A stretch of DNA of 64,000 nucleotides from Pelagomonas calceolata. Its lineage: Eukaryota. The stretch lies in assembly GCA_918797485.1 (NCBI GenBank), contig CAKKNE010000002.1, positions 2,914,001-2,978,000 of the forward strand, given 5' to 3'. A program made the translations under genes and the position numbers. The notes beneath the pieces are model-generated. The model saw only the letters and a program-made list of their open reading frames with translations. It searched no databases and was not told the origin of the DNA. Of this stretch, positions 60,685 through 64,000 are shown in pieces (the first letter of the stretch is position 1; every line of letters begins with the position of its first letter).

Positions 60685-61782
60685 TCAGGAATCGTCGCCG
60701 CCCGCCGGCGGTTGCGGTGTAGATTCCTTCCAGTAGCCTTTGGGGTCCTTCCAGATGACGCCGTCGCAGCCGGGGATGAGAATTGGCAGTTTGTCGTTGT
60801 CCCAGGGGAACCTGCGGCCGTCGGCAGATCCGAGCTGAAACTCGTCGACGTGGGCCTCTCGGAGGCGCGGGCAGCAGCTCCGCTTCAGAGCTTGGACGAC
60901 GTGGACCTGGAATGCGATTCCCTCGCTGCAGCGCAGGACCTCGATATTTCCCGCGTGCCGCAGGAGCTTCTTGTAACCGTCATGATCATAGTGGACCTTC
61001 CCGCTGTCATCGCAAAACTTCAAGATCCCTCCATACCTGCCCACATCAAGAAACCGCACGTTCGGCACGAGGGCGAGGGCCTCGGCCAGGTCCGACCTGG
61101 TCGGGCCGTAGGCCGTCGAGAGGTATTGGAGGCGAGGGACGTGCTTCAGAATAGGCGGCCACGCAGTATCGCTCCAGTCGTCGCCGACAATAATGGCCGC
61201 AATTCCTTGCTGCGGCGGCAGATTCACCGCCTGATTGGGCCGTAAAACGCCGTGTGACAGAAGAAATAAATTGGTCTGAAAAGAGTCGGGCTCTTCGGCC
61301 GTACGAGACGAAAAGTAGACGACGGTGATTTGTGCGCGCAATTCCTTCAGGTACGAGAGAATCACCGCGGGGCGCGCGATGCTTGGTAGCTTCAGCATGG
61401 TCAGCGGCCGGTTCAGTAGCGGGCGCAAGTGGACGCGTGCCCAGTCGCGCAGCGCTTCCGTGAGGCCCTCCTCGTCTACGGGCGCGCCCGAATCGTCGGG
61501 GTTCGGCTTGTAGGTGTCTAGCACGGGTAGCGCGCGCAGCGCCGGTCCGGGCTTTCGCATGTCCACGCAGTGACAACCCACACATTCCTCGCGCACGCAG
61601 CCGACGCCGCGGCACGGGGTCATCCCCCATCTAGGCGCGCGCAGCGCGGCACGCCAGCCCTTGTCCGCGTGTGACACGGTAACGCGATCCACACAAATCA
61701 GGAACGGGCTCACAAGACACGCTAGCGTGTCTCGCGGCAGCTGTGCCGTCAAATCGGCAGCGCTCGGTTTGTTTGTCGCCAT
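60685..61782 (-). CDS. F-box-like protein with LRR-like C-terminus
   Basis: LPRDTLACLVSPFL...VSHADKGWR; VPRLQYLS, VPNVRFLDV, CPRLRE repeats. Confidence 0.6.
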   Translation of the reverse strand: MATNKPSAADLTAQLPRDTLACLVSPFLICVDRVTVSHADKGWRAALRAPRWGMTPCRGVGCVREECVGCHCVDMRKPGPALRALPVLDTYKPNPDDSGAPVDEEGLTEALRDWARVHLRPLLNRPLTMLKLPSIARPAVILSYLKELRAQITVVYFSSRTAEEPDSFQTNLFLLSHGVLRPNQAVNLPPQQGIAAIIVGDDWSDTAWPPILKHVPRLQYLSTAYGPTRSDLAEALALVPNVRFLDVGRYGGILKFCDDSGKVHYDHDGYKKLLRHAGNIEVLRCSEGIAFQVHVVQALKRSCCPRLREAHVDEFQLGSADGRRFPWDNDKLPILIPGCDGVIWKDPKGYWKESTPQPPAGGDDS

Positions 61783-62007
61783 TCCTCGGAGATTTTGGCT
61801 GCTTGGTGCGCGTCGCGTATGTGATGGTTTAATATGGCTGCCCCGTGCCGCGCAGGCGGCGAGCGGCGCGATAACAGCGCCAAAAAGGCCGTGGTTGATT
61901 TTTTGACAAAATCGTTCTGCGCGGGGTGTCCCGGCGGCCGGGCGGCTCCCCGCACGCGTCCGAAAAACTGCAGCTAGATACACAACACCTTATACGACGC
62001 CAAGAAG

Positions 62008-63042
62008 TCACAGATCCTCGCAGTCGCCCAGCACCTCCCCCTCAGCGAGATCCCAGAGCCCGAGGTACTGGTCCGCGTGCGCATCGAGATACAACCTCGA
62101 TGGGTCGCGCGCGCAGTAGGGCCGCTTCAACAGATTCGTCCGGTGCCCATTCGCCAGGACGTATGAAGTATCGAAGTCGTCTGCTTTCACGTACGTCGAG
62201 GTCAACAAGTACGAAGCGCCGGACCCATGCAAGTGTCTGAGGACGGCCCTCCCATCACCAACGGGCAGGTGGAACAGCAAATGTCTACACAAAATCAACG
62301 TGCGGCGCCCCCGGACCAGGCTCCTCAACTGATCAACTGATGATTCATCAGCGACGTCCAGCGCCATGAAAGTGAGGGAGGGATGCTTCTCAATGTTGGA
62401 AGCTATCACACTCTGGACGACGTCAATGCCCACGTACTCCACACCTCGTAAATCGACAGAAGCCATCCAGGTCATATCACCACAAGGGGCGTCGATCAAC
62501 AACTCGATGTCAAACTCCCTGATGAGCTGCTCTATGGTCGTGATGGCGTTCTTCGCCGCGTCCAGAGTGGATCCGGGACCACTCGCGGGGACCCCTGGCA
62601 TCTTGTGCTGCGCCGCCCAGTACCCCAATTCATACACTGTCGAGAAATATGAACTACGGTCCCATTCCGTTGTTGTTCCCGTGTGACTTTTGATATCCAC
62701 GTTGCCGCTTCCTACTCCTACACTGAACTGGGTCGAAGCGGACGCGACTTCTGTACCATCGGAGAACATGGTCAATACGAGCGACCGTTTACCGGGCAAG
62801 AGTGACGTGAGCACGAGCTGCTCGCGGGCCATCACATCTAGTTGATTGCAGGTCATGGGCTCGCCGTCGAGCGCCACGCAGACGCGGTAGGCCTCCGCTC
62901 GGTCGCCTTCCGGGAGCGTGCCCGTGAATCCTAATGTTACGTCTCTCTCCGATGTTTCCGAATTATTTTGAGGCGACCAGACGTCGAGGCGCTGGGCGCT
63001 TGCGATGGTCAGGAGCGCGCACCACCACCAGAGGCTGCCCAT
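62008..63042 (-). CDS. Secreted class I SAM-dependent methyltransferase with an N-terminal Ig-like domain
   Basis: Signal peptide; F..VY....W.......SGPGSTL, LIDAPCGDMTWM, YVGIDVV, LILCRHLLFHL, SGASYLLTS. Confidence 0.75.
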   Translation of the reverse strand: MGSLWWWCALLTIASAQRLDVWSPQNNSETSERDVTLGFTGTLPEGDRAEAYRVCVALDGEPMTCNQLDVMAREQLVLTSLLPGKRSLVLTMFSDGTEVASASTQFSVGVGSGNVDIKSHTGTTTEWDRSSYFSTVYELGYWAAQHKMPGVPASGPGSTLDAAKNAITTIEQLIREFDIELLIDAPCGDMTWMASVDLRGVEYVGIDVVQSVIASNIEKHPSLTFMALDVADESSVDQLRSLVRGRRTLILCRHLLFHLPVGDGRAVLRHLHGSGASYLLTSTYVKADDFDTSYVLANGHRTNLLKRPYCARDPSRLYLDAHADQYLGLWDLAEGEVLGDCEDL

Positions 63043-63492
63043 GTCTTTGTGCTCACGCTCCGGGGCGCATCGATGGCGTGCTCGTTGCGCTGGTTATAGT
63101 GGTACTAATTACAACCCATTCGGCCTGCCTGGTGATGCGTGCGGCGCACAAGGAGCTTGCCAATTGGCATGCGGCCATGGCCATGGCAGCCGGCCTCGGC
63201 GGCGCCTTTGCGGCGGCGCAGGCCGCCAGGGAGTCAAACAGACCGCTCCTAGAGCTCTTCCGGGACTGCTTGGAGATTTCATTTCAGGCCGACGACGGGC
63301 CTCGGCCGCGCGACGAAGGCGCTAATCAGGGCGATACGCGCCCAACAATTAGCCGAACGACAAGCCGCCGTTTCGGCTTCGACCACTGCCCTACGGACCA
63401 CGTCACAGCGGCTGCGCCGGCACGCATATCGCCCGTAACGCCGACGCCCTGAAACCGACAAAATCTAGCCGAGACGCAAGCCCGACGCAGCC

Positions 63493-64000
63493 ATGATCCC
63501 CAGCCCGCGCTCCGTCACGACGCGCCCCCCGAGCCCGGCCGACGACATGGACGTGAGCGACGACGAGTGCCCCATCCCCGAGATGCCCTCGTTTTTGCCG
63601 GCGCTGCTCATCGAGTGCCTCGGCTACCCGGCCGGGCTGGGCGCCATGGTCGCGTGCCAGAGCTGGCGCCAGCAGGCCGAAAGGATATTTAGAGCCGAGT
63701 TAGCTGAATTACGCACCGCCAATGATTGCGTGGCGGAATATCTGGATCTGCCCAAGAGCACCAAATCCACGATCAGCGTGGCCTTCTCCGCGGACCATCG
63801 ACGCTTCGCGTCGACGCACGGCGACCACACGGTCAAAGTTGTGGATTTTGACAGCAAGGAGGTCGTGTCTACGCTCGTCGGCCATCCGCGAACCCCATGG
63901 ACGGTCAAATTTCACCCGACGGATCCGGACATCGTGGCGAGCGGCTGTCTCGGCTTTGAAGCTCGAGTATGGAACTGTACCACTCAAATATGTTTGCGGA
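63493..64000 (+). CDS. AMBRA1-like WD40 protein with an F-box-like N-terminus (3' partial)
   Basis: Manual translation: MIPSPRS...LPALLIECLGY...VACQSWRQ...STISVAFSAD...ASTHGDHTVKV...LVGHPRTPWTVKFHP...VASGCLG.EARVWN. Confidence 0.8.
   Translation, partial: MIPSPRSVTTRPPSPADDMDVSDDECPIPEMPSFLPALLIECLGYPAGLGAMVACQSWRQQAERIFRAELAELRTANDCVAEYLDLPKSTKSTISVAFSADHRRFASTHGDHTVKVVDFDSKEVVSTLVGHPRTPWTVKFHPTDPDIVASGCLGFEARVWNCTTQICLR

Noticed and set aside
61715..61732. Perfect 18-bp palindrome AGACACGCTAGCGTGTCT resembling parts of the promoter motif
   Set aside because: Single instance inside a CDS with a different arrangement of half-sites; may be chance.
62934..63452. 172-aa ORF in the divergent gap before the WD40 gene
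   Set aside because: Overlaps the methyltransferase start and has no recognisable motifs; probably promoter/UTR sequence.

Overview
Very gene-dense, GC-rich, intron-poor eukaryotic DNA. Bipartite plastid-targeting presequences (signal peptide + A-F), short GT-AG introns and a multicopy 'RRVLGSAHP' TPR-like family point to a pelagophyte stramenopile such as Pelagomonas; this is inferred, not verified. About 37 coding regions are supported, including aroA/EPSPS, rotatin, an SPCA/PMR1 P-type ATPase, a KCNH/CNG-type channel, RPB12, RNase Z, a Rab, SUMF2-like pFGE, ubiquitin-RPS27a, SPTLC1 and six divergent F-box-like genes. Main observations: (1) RPB12 and a bacterial-type RNase Z are joined by a TGATG stop/start overlap, a candidate bicistronic eukaryotic unit, with a second TAA-A-ATG pair at 33.1 kb. 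(2) A ~24-bp imperfect palindrome (GCTAGCGGCWTGTAAGACACTAGC) occurs 13 times, always about 95-210 bp upstream of a start codon and never in a convergent gap. (3) A ~65-bp dispersed element is present twice, each copy bracketed by its own short direct repeat. (4) An FBXO3/SKIP16-type protein carries an embedded SUMO-like domain. (5) Two 5'-truncated genes are joined back to back near 490, and two genes are broken by single-base frameshifts. All calls come from reading the sequence by eye; no searches were run.
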